From: Nitrospinales bacterium
GTDB taxonomy: Bacteria; Nitrospinota; Nitrospinia; Nitrospinales; VA-1
NCBI GenBank assembly: GCA_965223345.1
Contig: CBDCWG010000012.1
Location: 2,976,001 to 3,040,000, forward strand
Direction of reading: 5' to 3'
DNA: 64,000 bases
Shown here: piece by piece, positions 48,314 to 58,980 of the stretch
Position numbering within the stretch: position 1 is the first letter of the stretch
Layout of the letters: the number at the start of each line of letters is the position of its first letter
Position numbers and translations under genes: made by a program
Notes under the pieces: model-generated
The model's database searches: none
What the model was told of the DNA's origin: nothing
Seen by the model: the letters and a program-made list of their open reading frames with translations, nothing else

Positions 48314-50383
48314 ATGCCATCTGTGATTCAGTCTTCGCTCACGAAGGAGCGCGCCGCCCCCTTTTTCATCGCGGCGTTATTCGCCCTTTTTTTCCCCGAT
48401 CCCGCCCTTTCCGCTGAAAAAGAAAATCTGACAAAAGAGCAGCTGGAAATCCTGCAGCTGAGTGTCAAAGACTTACTACAAACCGATGTCGTGGTGACCA
48501 GCCCGAGCAAACGGCCCCAGCTGCTGCACAACACCGCTTCCGCGGTGTTCGTCGTCACTCAGGAAGACATCCGCAGAACCGGCGCGGTGAACATCATGGA
48601 AGCCCTGAGGATCGTTCCCGGAGTTCAGGTTTCCAAGATCAACCAAAACCGTTACGCCATCTCCATCCGCGGGTTCAACCGCAGGCTCGGCTCGGACAAG
48701 CTGCTGGTGCTCATCGACAACCGGACGGTGTACAGCCCTTCGGCATCGGGTGTTTTCTGGATCGGCCAGGACACCGTGCTGGAGGACATCGATCGCATCG
48801 AGGTGATCCGGGGTCCGGGGGCGGCGCTTTGGGGATCGAACGCGGTCGCCGGCGTCATCAATATCATCACCAAGGATTCCAGAAAAACGCCGGGACTGAT
48901 GGTCTCGGGAGGGGCCGGCACCGAAGAAACGGGATTCGCCACTATCCGCTACGGCATGAACTGGGGTGAGCAAAATGCGTTTCGGGTATACGGGAAATAC
49001 CGCAACCGGGACGGCGGCAAACGGGTGGACGGCTCGGATACATTCGACAGCAAGCAGATGTCGCAGGGCGGCTTCCGCGGTGATTTCCAGCTCAACCCCA
49101 GAAACAACCTGACGGTGCAGGGGGACTACTATGATTTGAATGCGGACCTGGACTTCAAAAACCGCTTCTTATCCATCGCGGCTGGATCGGGCCCGTTCCG
49201 CGGCGGCACCATTCAAAAAGGCGCCAACTTTCTCTCGCGCTGGACCCACACCCTGGACGACACCTCCTCGATACAGGCGCAGGTTTATTACGACCGGCTG
49301 GAACGCAGATCCACCCTGCCCTTTCAGAACATCGTCGATCAGTTCGATCTGGATTTGCAGCACAACTTCAAATTAGGTGAGAGGCAGACGCTGGTCTGGG
49401 GTTTCAACTACCGGGCGGCCTTTTTCAACTTCGAGGAAACGCAGGTCATTCGTGTTCCGAAAGAAACGACCCATTTGCTGGGCCTGTTTTTTCATGATGA
49501 AATATCAATTATTCCAAAAAAATGGAGTATAATTGCGGGGTCAAAATTCGAGTACAACGAGTTTTCCGGCTTTGAATTTCAACCGAATATCAGAACCATC
49601 TGGACGCCCAATGACCGTCAAACCTTTTGGGCGGCCGTTTCCCGGGCAGTGCGGATTCCCAGCATCACCGAGGAATTGGGGGTTGCAAACCGGGCCGTCA
49701 TTCCCGGCACCCCTCCCCTGTTACTGCAGGAATCCAATGACGGCAGGACCGAAGCGGAAGAATTGCTGGCATTCGAAGTCGGGCATCGATACAAACCCCA
49801 TCCGGATTTGTCATTCGATGCCACGGCGTTTTTATTCAAGTACTCAAATTTGATCGAACTCATTATCGAAGACACCTTTTTTGATGGCACAGCTTCTCCC
49901 CCTAGTCTGGTCTTACCATTTATTAACGACAATTCACTGGAGGGAGAGTCTTACGGAGTGGAGTTGACAGCGACCTGGAATCCACGCAGGAACTGGAAAG
50001 TTTCCGGAAGCTACAGCTATTCGAAAACGGATCTCAGGCCGACGAAAACGGGAACCTTCATCCCTGCAAACTTCAACAGCGAAGGGGATCTGGACGTGGA
50101 AGGCGAACCCAAGCACAATTTCAATATCCGCTCCTACCTGAACTTACCCTATAACCTGGAGTTCGATTCGATTTATTATTTCACGAGCCGAAACGACTCC
50201 CGCAATGTGAAGGCGTATTCCCGACTGGATTTGCGTCTTGGCTGGAAACCACGTAAGAACCTGGAAATCTCCCTTGTGGGGCAGAATATCCTGGATGATC
50301 AACATTCTGAACTGAATGAATTGCTGGAAGCGGATTCTGAAACCGAAAGAAGTTTTTACGGAAAGTTCGTGTTTAAGTTTTAA
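48314..50383 (+). CDS. TonB-dependent receptor
   Basis: Plug motifs SAVFVVTQEDIRRTG, ISIRGF, IDRIEVIRGPGAALWGSNAVAGVINIITK; C-terminal F. Confidence 0.95.
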   Translation: MPSVIQSSLTKERAAPFFIAALFALFFPDPALSAEKENLTKEQLEILQLSVKDLLQTDVVVTSPSKRPQLLHNTASAVFVVTQEDIRRTGAVNIMEALRIVPGVQVSKINQNRYAISIRGFNRRLGSDKLLVLIDNRTVYSPSASGVFWIGQDTVLEDIDRIEVIRGPGAALWGSNAVAGVINIITKDSRKTPGLMVSGGAGTEETGFATIRYGMNWGEQNAFRVYGKYRNRDGGKRVDGSDTFDSKQMSQGGFRGDFQLNPRNNLTVQGDYYDLNADLDFKNRFLSIAAGSGPFRGGTIQKGANFLSRWTHTLDDTSSIQAQVYYDRLERRSTLPFQNIVDQFDLDLQHNFKLGERQTLVWGFNYRAAFFNFEETQVIRVPKETTHLLGLFFHDEISIIPKKWSIIAGSKFEYNEFSGFEFQPNIRTIWTPNDRQTFWAAVSRAVRIPSITEELGVANRAVIPGTPPLLLQESNDGRTEAEELLAFEVGHRYKPHPDLSFDATAFLFKYSNLIELIIEDTFFDGTASPPSLVLPFINDNSLEGESYGVELTATWNPRRNWKVSGSYSYSKTDLRPTKTGTFIPANFNSEGDLDVEGEPKHNFNIRSYLNLPYNLEFDSIYYFTSRNDSRNVKAYSRLDLRLGWKPRKNLEISLVGQNILDDQHSELNELLEADSETERSFYGKFVFKF

Positions 50384-50459
50384 GCCTCTACAGGGCATAG
50401 ACTGAGAATCTGAGATCCATAACTTTTACCGTTCCTCCCACTTCGCGCGGAGATCTCAA

Positions 50460-51032
50460 GTGATTCAAAGACATCCCTTTTTCTTCAACCTGCTGGCAGC
50501 CGTATCGATGTGGCTGGTTTTGCCTACGGTTTTATCATCCGCTGATGAAGTCCAGGACCGCGAACACCTGATCAAAGCCGGGCTGCTTTTGAAGTTCACC
50601 GAGTTCATTCAATGGCCCGAACAATACGGATCCACCCATTCCTACGAAGAACCTCTGAACATCTGCATCCAGGGAAAAGACGATTTCCAAAAACTGCTCA
50701 GCCTCGCCAATGACGCCGACATCATCCGGAGGAACATCCTCGTCAGGAACCAGGTCCCGCTGGATCTTCTGAAAACCTGTCACATTGTCTTTGTTTCTTC
50801 TTCCCACAACGGCCAACTGGATGAAACTCTGACAACCCTCAAACAGCACCCGGTGCTCGTGATCAGCGAGTCCGAAGGCAACGGCCAGAAAGGCGTCGGC
50901 ATCAACTTCATCAAGATAAACAACAAGATCCGTTTTGAAATCAATCACGCCGCCATGAAAAAACTGGGATTGAAAGTGAGCTCCGAGCTTATCAATTTAG
51001 CAGTTCTTGTTTTTGGAGAGCATCCAAAATGA
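50460..51032 (+). CDS. YfiR-family (DUF4154) periplasmic protein
   Basis: IKAGLLLKFTEFIQWP, CHIVFV, KIRFEIN..GLKVSSELINLA. Confidence 0.9.
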   Translation: MIQRHPFFFNLLAAVSMWLVLPTVLSSADEVQDREHLIKAGLLLKFTEFIQWPEQYGSTHSYEEPLNICIQGKDDFQKLLSLANDADIIRRNILVRNQVPLDLLKTCHIVFVSSSHNGQLDETLTTLKQHPVLVISESEGNGQKGVGINFIKINNKIRFEINHAAMKKLGLKVSSELINLAVLVFGEHPK

Positions 51033-52507
51033 AATCGTTCAAAGCCTTACCCATCAAATACAAATTGATCGTGCTGCTGTTTCTGATTTCCTTTGGCACG
51101 CTTTCGATTTCATCCGCTCTGTTTATCTACAACGATCTTAAATTTTTCAAATCCAGCCTGGTGAAGAATCTTGCGGTTCTGGCCGGCACCATCGGCGCCA
51201 ACAGCCGGGCGGCGGTTTATTTTGAAGATCAGGAAACCGCCAGTAAAATTCTGTCTTCCCTGAATGAGGAATCGCAGGTCCAGCACGCTGCGCTCTACGA
51301 CAGCAAAGGCAATGTCTTCGCCACATTCGAGGCGGGACAAGCAGAGGAAGTCGAAGCCCAGTCGCTGGAACTGCTGTCGTTCACCTTCAAGGACGACATG
51401 GTCGAGCTGAAGCGTCCGATCCTGCTGAAGAATCAAACCATCGGCGAGATCCACCTGACCGCGAGCCTGACCGAATTCAGCACCTTCATCGACAAGTATC
51501 TGATCCTGGTCGCCCTCATCATCATCGGAACGCTCTGTGCGTCGCTGCTCATTTCCATGAAGCTGCAGGGAATCATTTCCAAGCCGATCCTAAATCTTGC
51601 CAACAAGACCCAGGAAATTTCGGACAAAGGAGATTTCTCCATCCGGGTCCAGAACCAGTACGAGGACGAACTGGGCGTGCTTTACTCGGGATTCAACAAT
51701 ATGATCTCCAATATAGAAAAACGGGATCTCGATCTTGTGACCACGAACACCGCCCTGAAAAACGAAGTCAACCAGCGCCGCCAGGCGGAGATGAACCTGA
51801 AAATCTACTCGAACGAATTGCGGCGCAGCAACCAGGAACTGCACGACTTCGCCCACATCGCATCGCACGACCTGCAGGAACCGTTGCGGAAAATAATCAC
51901 CTTCAGCGACCGGTTGTCCTCGACCATACCGGATCTCGGCACGCAGGCCGCGGATTACATCACCCGCATGCAAAATGCGGCGCTGCGCATGCAAAACTTC
52001 ATCAAGGATCTGTTGAAATACTCATCCATCGAGGCCAAGGCCAAGGAATTTTCCAGGGTGGATCTAAACACGGTCGTCCATTCGATCCTGGAAGACCTGG
52101 AGATCAAGATCCAGTCCCTGAAGGCGAAGGTCGTTTTCAAAAACCTGCCCGAGATCGAGGCGAATCCGTTTTACATCCGCCAACTGCTGCTGAACCTGAT
52201 CGGCAATTCGTTAAAATTTCACCGGGAAGACGAGCCTCCGGAAATCCACATATCCTGCAACAACCTGGAAGGTCTGTACTGGGAAATCGTCGTGTCGGAC
52301 AACGGCGTCGGCTTCGATGAAAAATATCTCGACCGGATCTTCCGTCCCTTTGAACGGTTGCACTCGGGAAGCGAGTACGAAGGCACCGGAATCGGCCTGG
52401 CGATCTGCAAAAAAATCGCCGCCTACCACGACGGCACCATCCGCGCATCCAGCAACCCAAACAAGGGAACCACGTTTTACATCACGATCCCGCAAAAACC
52501 GAGTTGA
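51029..52507 (+). CDS. Sensor histidine kinase (periplasmic CHASE-like, HAMP, HisKA, HATPase)
   Basis: Two TMs, DELGVL..FNNM, ASHDLQEPLRKI, NLIGNSLKF, GTGIGLAICKK. Confidence 0.94.
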   Translation: MKSFKALPIKYKLIVLLFLISFGTLSISSALFIYNDLKFFKSSLVKNLAVLAGTIGANSRAAVYFEDQETASKILSSLNEESQVQHAALYDSKGNVFATFEAGQAEEVEAQSLELLSFTFKDDMVELKRPILLKNQTIGEIHLTASLTEFSTFIDKYLILVALIIIGTLCASLLISMKLQGIISKPILNLANKTQEISDKGDFSIRVQNQYEDELGVLYSGFNNMISNIEKRDLDLVTTNTALKNEVNQRRQAEMNLKIYSNELRRSNQELHDFAHIASHDLQEPLRKIITFSDRLSSTIPDLGTQAADYITRMQNAALRMQNFIKDLLKYSSIEAKAKEFSRVDLNTVVHSILEDLEIKIQSLKAKVVFKNLPEIEANPFYIRQLLLNLIGNSLKFHREDEPPEIHISCNNLEGLYWEIVVSDNGVGFDEKYLDRIFRPFERLHSGSEYEGTGIGLAICKKIAAYHDGTIRASSNPNKGTTFYITIPQKPS

Positions 52508-52516
52508 TCTGGTTTT

Positions 52517-53962
52517 CTATTTGTCGAGCCTCGCGTAGACCCGCCTGCCGATATTGAGAAAGTCGATAGCCGGTTTGCCGGCGCCGGTCCCAAACACCCG
52601 GCTGTCGTAAGGGAAAAAACCGATCCGCTCCGGCTTGCCGTTGTCCGGCCTGAGTTCCAGCGTGTAGCCGGTAATGTGATAACTGCCCTCCCCGGCGTTG
52701 CTGCGGCCGCTGTTGCCGATGCCCGCAGGCGCGTTCGCACTGACCGCTGAAAACGAGGAGGTGGTGTAACGGCCGTTCCTTGCAAACCGGAGCACATTGG
52801 ATTTGATCGCCACCATCGCGGCGCTGGTCGCGCCTGCGAATGTTTTGTACGCGCCTTCGATCCGGGCGCCCTCCGGCAAGGGAGCCACGTAACGGTAGGT
52901 GGTGCTGCGGATTTTGAAACTTTCGCCGCGGGTCTCCAGCGTTTTCCTGTCCAGGTATTTGAAGTCGTCATCGTAGTAGCCGATGCTTCCCAACAGGTGG
53001 TACTTGGGCCGTTCCGCATACACGACCTTGTTGCTGTCGGTGAGCAGCCCTCTGGGCTTTTTGGCAAAATAGATCGGATACATCTCCGCGGCTTGCCGGT
53101 ACAGTTCCGGTTGCTCCTTTTTGAAGGGCCTGGCCTGGTTCGCAAAATAACCGGCAAAGTTCGGGCACAAGCCGGGGTTTTCTTTCAGGAGCTGCTTCGC
53201 AAAAACGGGAATGCGCGGCTTGAGTTTTGCGACGTCCTGCTCGAACTCCCCTTTCACCAGCGCGTCCATCTCGTGCAACAGATTTGCATCGAAGTAGGCT
53301 TTCCGGGCTTTGTTGTTGGCCGAGAGGGTCTTGCGGGAAATTTTTTTGCACTGGTTCACGGTTTCACGCAGGACCGAAGCCGTCGTGTAGATGTCGAGAA
53401 CCTGTTTCTTAAAACCGGCGCTCGAACCCGGGGCCGCCAATTTGGATTCACCGGCAGGGGGCGTTGTGCCCGCGGACGGAGCGGCGGAAGCCGTGCTGCC
53501 GGGTTGCGTCACCAGCGCATCGAACGTCGCCCCCAGGTCCGAGGAGCCGAGCTTTCTGGCATACTCATCCAGCATCAGGGGCATCGCCGAACAGGCGTCC
53601 GGATTTTTTTTGATTTTTTCCCGCATGGCGGGAATTCCCAACGTGTCAAACCGGTCTTTGATCCTGGCCAAGCCCGGAGCTTTCCATTGCGCGTTCGCGT
53701 AAAAGGCTTCGATGCGGACGAGGGAATGCTTCTTCTCAAACTCCTGCATGACGACTCGATTGACCGCCGCTCTTTCCGGCACCACTTCGTCGCAGACGGT
53801 GTGGATGGCCCGGATCGAAAGAACATGCACGTACAGCCTTCCCAGATCCATGGCCCGCTTTTCGGCTCCTTTCCCAGTTGCGGGCGCAGCCTGTATGAGA
53901 ACAGGTACAATAGCGATCAGACCGGCATTAAAAACGGCAAACAGAAACCACCTCGTTTTCAT
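52517..53962 (-). CDS. Hypothetical exported protein with a duplicated two-Cys helical domain
   Basis: Signal peptide from MKTRWF; two similar units ending KNPDAC and ENPGLC, joined by an Ala/Pro/Thr linker; beta-rich C-terminus. Confidence 0.75.
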   Translation of the reverse strand: MKTRWFLFAVFNAGLIAIVPVLIQAAPATGKGAEKRAMDLGRLYVHVLSIRAIHTVCDEVVPERAAVNRVVMQEFEKKHSLVRIEAFYANAQWKAPGLARIKDRFDTLGIPAMREKIKKNPDACSAMPLMLDEYARKLGSSDLGATFDALVTQPGSTASAAPSAGTTPPAGESKLAAPGSSAGFKKQVLDIYTTASVLRETVNQCKKISRKTLSANNKARKAYFDANLLHEMDALVKGEFEQDVAKLKPRIPVFAKQLLKENPGLCPNFAGYFANQARPFKKEQPELYRQAAEMYPIYFAKKPRGLLTDSNKVVYAERPKYHLLGSIGYYDDDFKYLDRKTLETRGESFKIRSTTYRYVAPLPEGARIEGAYKTFAGATSAAMVAIKSNVLRFARNGRYTTSSFSAVSANAPAGIGNSGRSNAGEGSYHITGYTLELRPDNGKPERIGFFPYDSRVFGTGAGKPAIDFLNIGRRVYARLDK

Positions 53963-54248
53963 GACTTTCCTTCTGGATGACGCTGAACACACGGCTCCGG
54001 CCCGGCGCCAACGCCAATCCCTTTCGCATTGGATAGAATGGAACCCGCAGCAAACCATTCAATGCGGATTTTTAAAAAGAGGTGGATCACAAAATCCTGT
54101 GATGTGGGTGGCAAAGGCCGTTCCTGAAATGGCGGCTGCAAGTCAATAAGGCGGGATATTGCAACCAGATGGAATCGGGAATCGAGACGGCACGGGCAAG
54201 AACGAAATGTGATAAAATTTGAGTGCAAACCGTTCAGGGGTGACAATC

Positions 54249-54920
54249 GTGAGACGATTTCCGATTCTTCTCGTTTTGTTGCTGACCGGATGCGCGGCGT
54301 CGATCTACGATATGGAGACGCGCCGGGCGCTTTCCCTGACCCCCGCCGATTTCGCCTCCACCATCACCTCCCAGGGGGATCAGGACCAGCTTTCAGAATA
54401 CATTCAAATCAGTACGGAGAGAGGGTTTCAGCGCAAGACCGGCATCGCGCGCGATATTCCCACTGGCTTCGACTATCATCTGCGCGGGCGCATTCACAAA
54501 AAGACCGGTGAGCGGACGTATCAGGTCTACGTCAAATGGGAGCATGGGGGCGACTGGTTTCACCCCAGGCAGGCGGTGTTCGGCGACCCCTTTCAAATTG
54601 CGGAGATCACCCTGGTGAGCAAGAACAGGGACTGCGACACCGAATGTTATTTTACGGAAGAGTTTGTTTTCGACGTTCCGGAGAGCGCGCTGCGCAAGGT
54701 GTACGACCGGGGTATGCAGAAGATCGACCTGCCGGAGGGCATGCTGCCGCGCGAATTTCTCGATAACAACAAGGAAAAGTTGGGATTCACCTACCGGATC
54801 ATCACCGACATCGGGTTTTATCCCGCCGCGCTCGTGCTGTCTCAGGAAATCATCGCGTTTCTGGACACCATGGACCGGATGGCTAAAAACACGCAAAACG
54901 ACGCCCCCGCTTTTCAGTGA
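54249..54920 (+). CDS. Hypothetical lipoprotein
   Basis: Lipobox LTGC after GTG start. Confidence 0.72.
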   Translation: MRRFPILLVLLLTGCAASIYDMETRRALSLTPADFASTITSQGDQDQLSEYIQISTERGFQRKTGIARDIPTGFDYHLRGRIHKKTGERTYQVYVKWEHGGDWFHPRQAVFGDPFQIAEITLVSKNRDCDTECYFTEEFVFDVPESALRKVYDRGMQKIDLPEGMLPREFLDNNKEKLGFTYRIITDIGFYPAALVLSQEIIAFLDTMDRMAKNTQNDAPAFQ

Positions 54921-54941
54921 GCGCGTCAGGATTCAACGTTC

Positions 54942-55145
54942 ATGACTCAACGATTCTTCCTCATCTTCGGCATCCTCCTGGTTTTGCTCGGGCTGCTGTG
55001 GCCGTGGATCACCAAACTGGGCCTGGGGCGTTTGCCGGGGGATATCGTCGTCAAGCGGGATAATTTCAGTTTTTACTTCCCCATCACCACCTGCATTCTC
55101 ATCAGCGCTCTGCTGAGTTTCCTGTTCTGGCTGTTTCGAAAATAG
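54942..55145 (+). CDS. DUF2905 small membrane protein
   Basis: LGRLPGDI..FYFPITTCIL. Confidence 0.92.
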   Translation: MTQRFFLIFGILLVLLGLLWPWITKLGLGRLPGDIVVKRDNFSFYFPITTCILISALLSFLFWLFRK

Positions 55146-55469
55146 CGATATCCGGCAATTTCAGGCACACTCTTGCCAAACAGTTCGATCCGCTTGCGAG
55201 CCTACTTTCCGTTTGCTTTCGCGCCCGTCGCCGCAGGTTTTCATGCAATCCGGGATCTGGGGAAAGGAATACGCGGAAATCACATTCCCTGATGAGATTT
55301 CGATATCACTTTATCAGCCAGGTTGCTTTTGTGTTGAATTCACCCAAGATTGACTATTTCCCGATTTGGGGATAGTATCCCTCGCAGATCGTCAAACTCA
55401 CCTAAAGACAAAACATTAAAAAAACAATGACTTCAATTGGTATTTCCTTGTGAATAAAGCCTCTATTTA

Positions 55470-57959
55470 ATGCCTGGACTTCAAACGCCAATACGCGTCT
55501 TAGTCATATTCTTTGTATCCTTCGGTTTTGGCAGCTATTTGATCTACTTGTTGGAATCGAAACGAGAAGCTGAATCACGTGTCATGGCAACCCATTTCGC
55601 TGCCTCACACGCAAAAACGATTGAAACACAACTCTCCCGATCACTGTCAGCAACTTACGCCCTCGCCAGCATTCTAAAACAGAATAATACGATCTCAAAT
55701 TTCGACATTTTGGCGCAAGATTTGATTGAAAGGTATGGCGGCATCTCTAATCTGCAGCTGGCTCCAAACGCAATTGTCGGGCGAATCTTTCCTCTGAAAG
55801 GGAATGAGCAGGCTATAGGACTTGATCTGAATAAAAATTCTTACGCAATCGCCGCGATCAAATCGAAGAAATTGACGTTAGAGGGCCCATTCAATTTAAT
55901 ACAGGGAGGTGTTGGAGTCGTAGGCAGGTATCCTGTATTTTTAAAAAATCAGCAGTCGGGTGAAGAGGAATTCTGGGGATTCACCACTGCCCTGATTGAA
56001 TTATCCAAATTACTCAAGGAAGTCGATATTCATGGATTAGTAGAAAATAACTATAATTTTGAATTGTCGAGAATCGATCATGAGACCGGTAAACAGGTGG
56101 TTTTTTCAAAACTGAACAACAATTTGTTAGAGAAACCGGTATCCGTTGAAATTCAAATCCCAAATGGGAAATGGATGCTCTCCATTTCCCCTAAAGCAGG
56201 TTGGGGCTCCCCCTATCATCTTTTGATAGAAGCCTGTTTGGTCCTCATTTTCTCAGGGGCGTTGTCCTATTCGAGCTATAGAGTTTTTCTCAAACAACAT
56301 GAACTGAATGCCCAAAGAAACGAATATTCGCTGATTTTCAATTCCGCCCCCGCCTTTATTTATTACAAAGATAACAAGAACAATATTCTGCGCGTCAATA
56401 AAGCGGCTGCGAATTCACTGAATTTAAAACCAGATCAAATAGAAGGAAAGAATAGTAAAGAGTTTTTCCCTGAGCATTATGAGAAGTTTTACTTGGAGGA
56501 TCTGGAAGTTTTCAACTTCGGGAAACCCAAATTGGGTATTGTTGAGCCATACCAATCGGAATCCGGGCAAACAAGATGGGTTCAGACCGACCGGGTTCCT
56601 TGCCGAAACAGGAATGGGGAAGTCAATGGAATCCTTGTCTTTTCTGTCGATATAACCAGGCAAAAAGAAGCCGAAAATAAAATTCTGGAATATTCAAACA
56701 ATTTAGAAATCGCCGCTGCAGAAGAATATCAAGAAAACAGGGAAAAGTTTCGTCTCCTGTACAATCAAATATCAGAATTGCTGGCAGGCACTTCACCCGC
56801 AAATTCCGGGGAGAATTATTTTCAGTCTTTGGTGTACCACCTGGGCACAACATTCGGATTCGATTTCTGCTTTTTAGGGAGTATCGATAAAACAGGCCGG
56901 AAAATGTGTCGAACACTGGCTATGTTCAAGGACGGCGAAAACATCCCGAATAAGCAATACTCAATCCATGACACTCCCTGCGAAACGGTATATCAGGGGG
57001 CCGCTGTCTTTCACACAGAAAACCTGCAGGAATCGTTTCCCAATGACGCATCCCTGAAGGAGTTCGGGCTGAACAGCTTTCTGGGAGTGCCCATCTGGGG
57101 GCAACGTGAGCGCCCCATCGCTCATCTGGTTGTGATGAGCAAAGAACCCATTGAGTACTCGCCTCATATCATGTCTATCATCTCTCTCTTCGCCGCAAGA
57201 GCACAGGCGGAAATGCTGCGAATAAAATATGAAGATGAGTTGGAAACCTCTCGAGCAAGGTTGAGAGAGCTGAACATAAAAATGCAATCGATCCGTGAAG
57301 AAGAAAAATTTCACCTGGCACGTGAGATCCACGATGAATTGGGGCAGGTTTTGACCTATTGCAAGCTGGATTTACAGTGGATTAAGAATGGAATCCACAA
57401 TCAGGATGAAAAAATTGACAAGAGACTGGACCTGATGGTGAATCACCTGGATGACTCCATCAACAGCATTCGCAGAATTTCCACTGAATTGAGACCCGTC
57501 ATATTGGACGTACTGGGAATTATAGAAGCTCTCAAATGGCAGGCTGAAAAATTTCAGAAAAAGACGGGGATAGATTACAGGTTGCACATCGAACCTGAAA
57601 AATTCAAATGCCAAAGCGATCTTTCAACAGACCTGTTTCGAATATTTCAGGAAACATTGACCAATATTGCCCGTCATGCACAAGCAACTTCGGTGCACGT
57701 CAGATTTGTAAAAGAAGGGAAGCATATTCGACTGGTTGTGGAAGACAACGGAAAGGGTTTCGACACAACATCTGAAATATTTTCGGGATCTCTGGGGTTA
57801 CTGGGTATGAAAGAAAGGGTTTTAAAATGGGAAGGTCAAATCAATATCAGAAGCAAGCCCGGAACGGGCACGTCCGTTGAAGTCATCATACCCATTAAAG
57901 GCGATTACAGTGCCAATCCAGGCGATAATAATATTGACCGTTTATCCCGCCAATCATGA
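55470..57959 (+). CDS. Sensor histidine kinase (CHASE, PAS, GAF, HisKA_3, HATPase)
   Basis: GPFNLIQGG, PAS YYKD..VN, GAF TPC..SFLGVP, AREIHDELGQVL, QETLTNIARHA, GLLGMKER. Confidence 0.93.
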   Translation: MPGLQTPIRVLVIFFVSFGFGSYLIYLLESKREAESRVMATHFAASHAKTIETQLSRSLSATYALASILKQNNTISNFDILAQDLIERYGGISNLQLAPNAIVGRIFPLKGNEQAIGLDLNKNSYAIAAIKSKKLTLEGPFNLIQGGVGVVGRYPVFLKNQQSGEEEFWGFTTALIELSKLLKEVDIHGLVENNYNFELSRIDHETGKQVVFSKLNNNLLEKPVSVEIQIPNGKWMLSISPKAGWGSPYHLLIEACLVLIFSGALSYSSYRVFLKQHELNAQRNEYSLIFNSAPAFIYYKDNKNNILRVNKAAANSLNLKPDQIEGKNSKEFFPEHYEKFYLEDLEVFNFGKPKLGIVEPYQSESGQTRWVQTDRVPCRNRNGEVNGILVFSVDITRQKEAENKILEYSNNLEIAAAEEYQENREKFRLLYNQISELLAGTSPANSGENYFQSLVYHLGTTFGFDFCFLGSIDKTGRKMCRTLAMFKDGENIPNKQYSIHDTPCETVYQGAAVFHTENLQESFPNDASLKEFGLNSFLGVPIWGQRERPIAHLVVMSKEPIEYSPHIMSIISLFAARAQAEMLRIKYEDELETSRARLRELNIKMQSIREEEKFHLAREIHDELGQVLTYCKLDLQWIKNGIHNQDEKIDKRLDLMVNHLDDSINSIRRISTELRPVILDVLGIIEALKWQAEKFQKKTGIDYRLHIEPEKFKCQSDLSTDLFRIFQETLTNIARHAQATSVHVRFVKEGKHIRLVVEDNGKGFDTTSEIFSGSLGLLGMKERVLKWEGQINIRSKPGTGTSVEVIIPIKGDYSANPGDNNIDRLSRQS

Positions 57960-57999
57960 GTTCTCTAGCTGATCACTTGATTTGATATCTAATTCGATA

Positions 58000-58977
58000 T
58001 CAAGTCTTCGTGCAGAGTGTCTGATAGGTATCGGCCAACTGATCTCTATAACTTTGCTCGCGGGTGCTTTCCTGAGCTTGGAGAAAGACACGCAGCCGGC
58101 TTTTCAGAAGACGGCATGCCTCCGGAGTTTTCCCCTGATGGTTCAGCGCGTGTGCCAGATTGTTGTATAAATACACCCCATCCGGCATGCTTCGGATCGC
58201 TTTGCGATAAGCCTTTTCCGCCCCGGCATAATTATTTGTTGCCATCAAAGCATTGCCCAAACCAAACCATCCCCGGGGATTATTAGGATCTCGTTTAAGA
58301 ATACTGCGAAAGGACGTGGCTGCAGAATCAAAGCGGCCTGCCCGTTCGAGATGAGCGGTTTCAACCAATAATTGTTCCAGGCTTGGCAGCTGGGGCAATT
58401 GATCCGGGGGAACGGCGACATAAGCCCATCGATCCGCTCGTTTCCACGTTTTTTGGAAAGTTTTAAAGGAAATAAACTTTGATTTTTTCCTGCCAGAGTT
58501 GAGGTAGAAACCACCACGGGAAAGGTCATAGCCAACGACAACGGAAAAATGCCATCGGGGGGCCCAGGAGAGGCCCAGATTCTGAAAAACGATGACCGGA
58601 TAATCGGCCGTTACGTATTCAACGATGCGCTCTTCGGTATGGACAGGCAGGGCCAGAAAACCGTTTCGGCGGGTTGCCGTGATCATGTCATGCTGGAATG
58701 TGCCTGCACGGCCCGGTGTGAAAGCCATCTCAGCGGCCTGAGCCTGGGTCACCTCGTGTTCATGATATTGCAGCACGGCAGCCAGAGCCGCAGGACCACA
58801 AAAATGCTCCTCCTGCGGAAGGAAGGGAACCCCACGGATGATATAGGAACCCACACCCGCCTGCTCAAGAGAGGCGATATCCAGCCGCGGCGTGGACGTT
58901 GTGGAGCAAGCCGCCAGAAACAAGATGCAAACAAGTAAAGTTTCTTTGCGGAAAATGGTTCCAAGCAAGCAGGTCAT
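58000..58977 (-). CDS. PA2778-family C39-like cysteine peptidase lipoprotein with TPRs
   Basis: Lipobox LAAC, VPFLPQ..CGPAALA, WHFSVVVGYD, C-terminal TPRs. Confidence 0.9.
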   Translation of the reverse strand: MTCLLGTIFRKETLLVCILFLAACSTTSTPRLDIASLEQAGVGSYIIRGVPFLPQEEHFCGPAALAAVLQYHEHEVTQAQAAEMAFTPGRAGTFQHDMITATRRNGFLALPVHTEERIVEYVTADYPVIVFQNLGLSWAPRWHFSVVVGYDLSRGGFYLNSGRKKSKFISFKTFQKTWKRADRWAYVAVPPDQLPQLPSLEQLLVETAHLERAGRFDSAATSFRSILKRDPNNPRGWFGLGNALMATNNYAGAEKAYRKAIRSMPDGVYLYNNLAHALNHQGKTPEACRLLKSRLRVFLQAQESTREQSYRDQLADTYQTLCTKT

Positions 58978-58980
58978 GTA

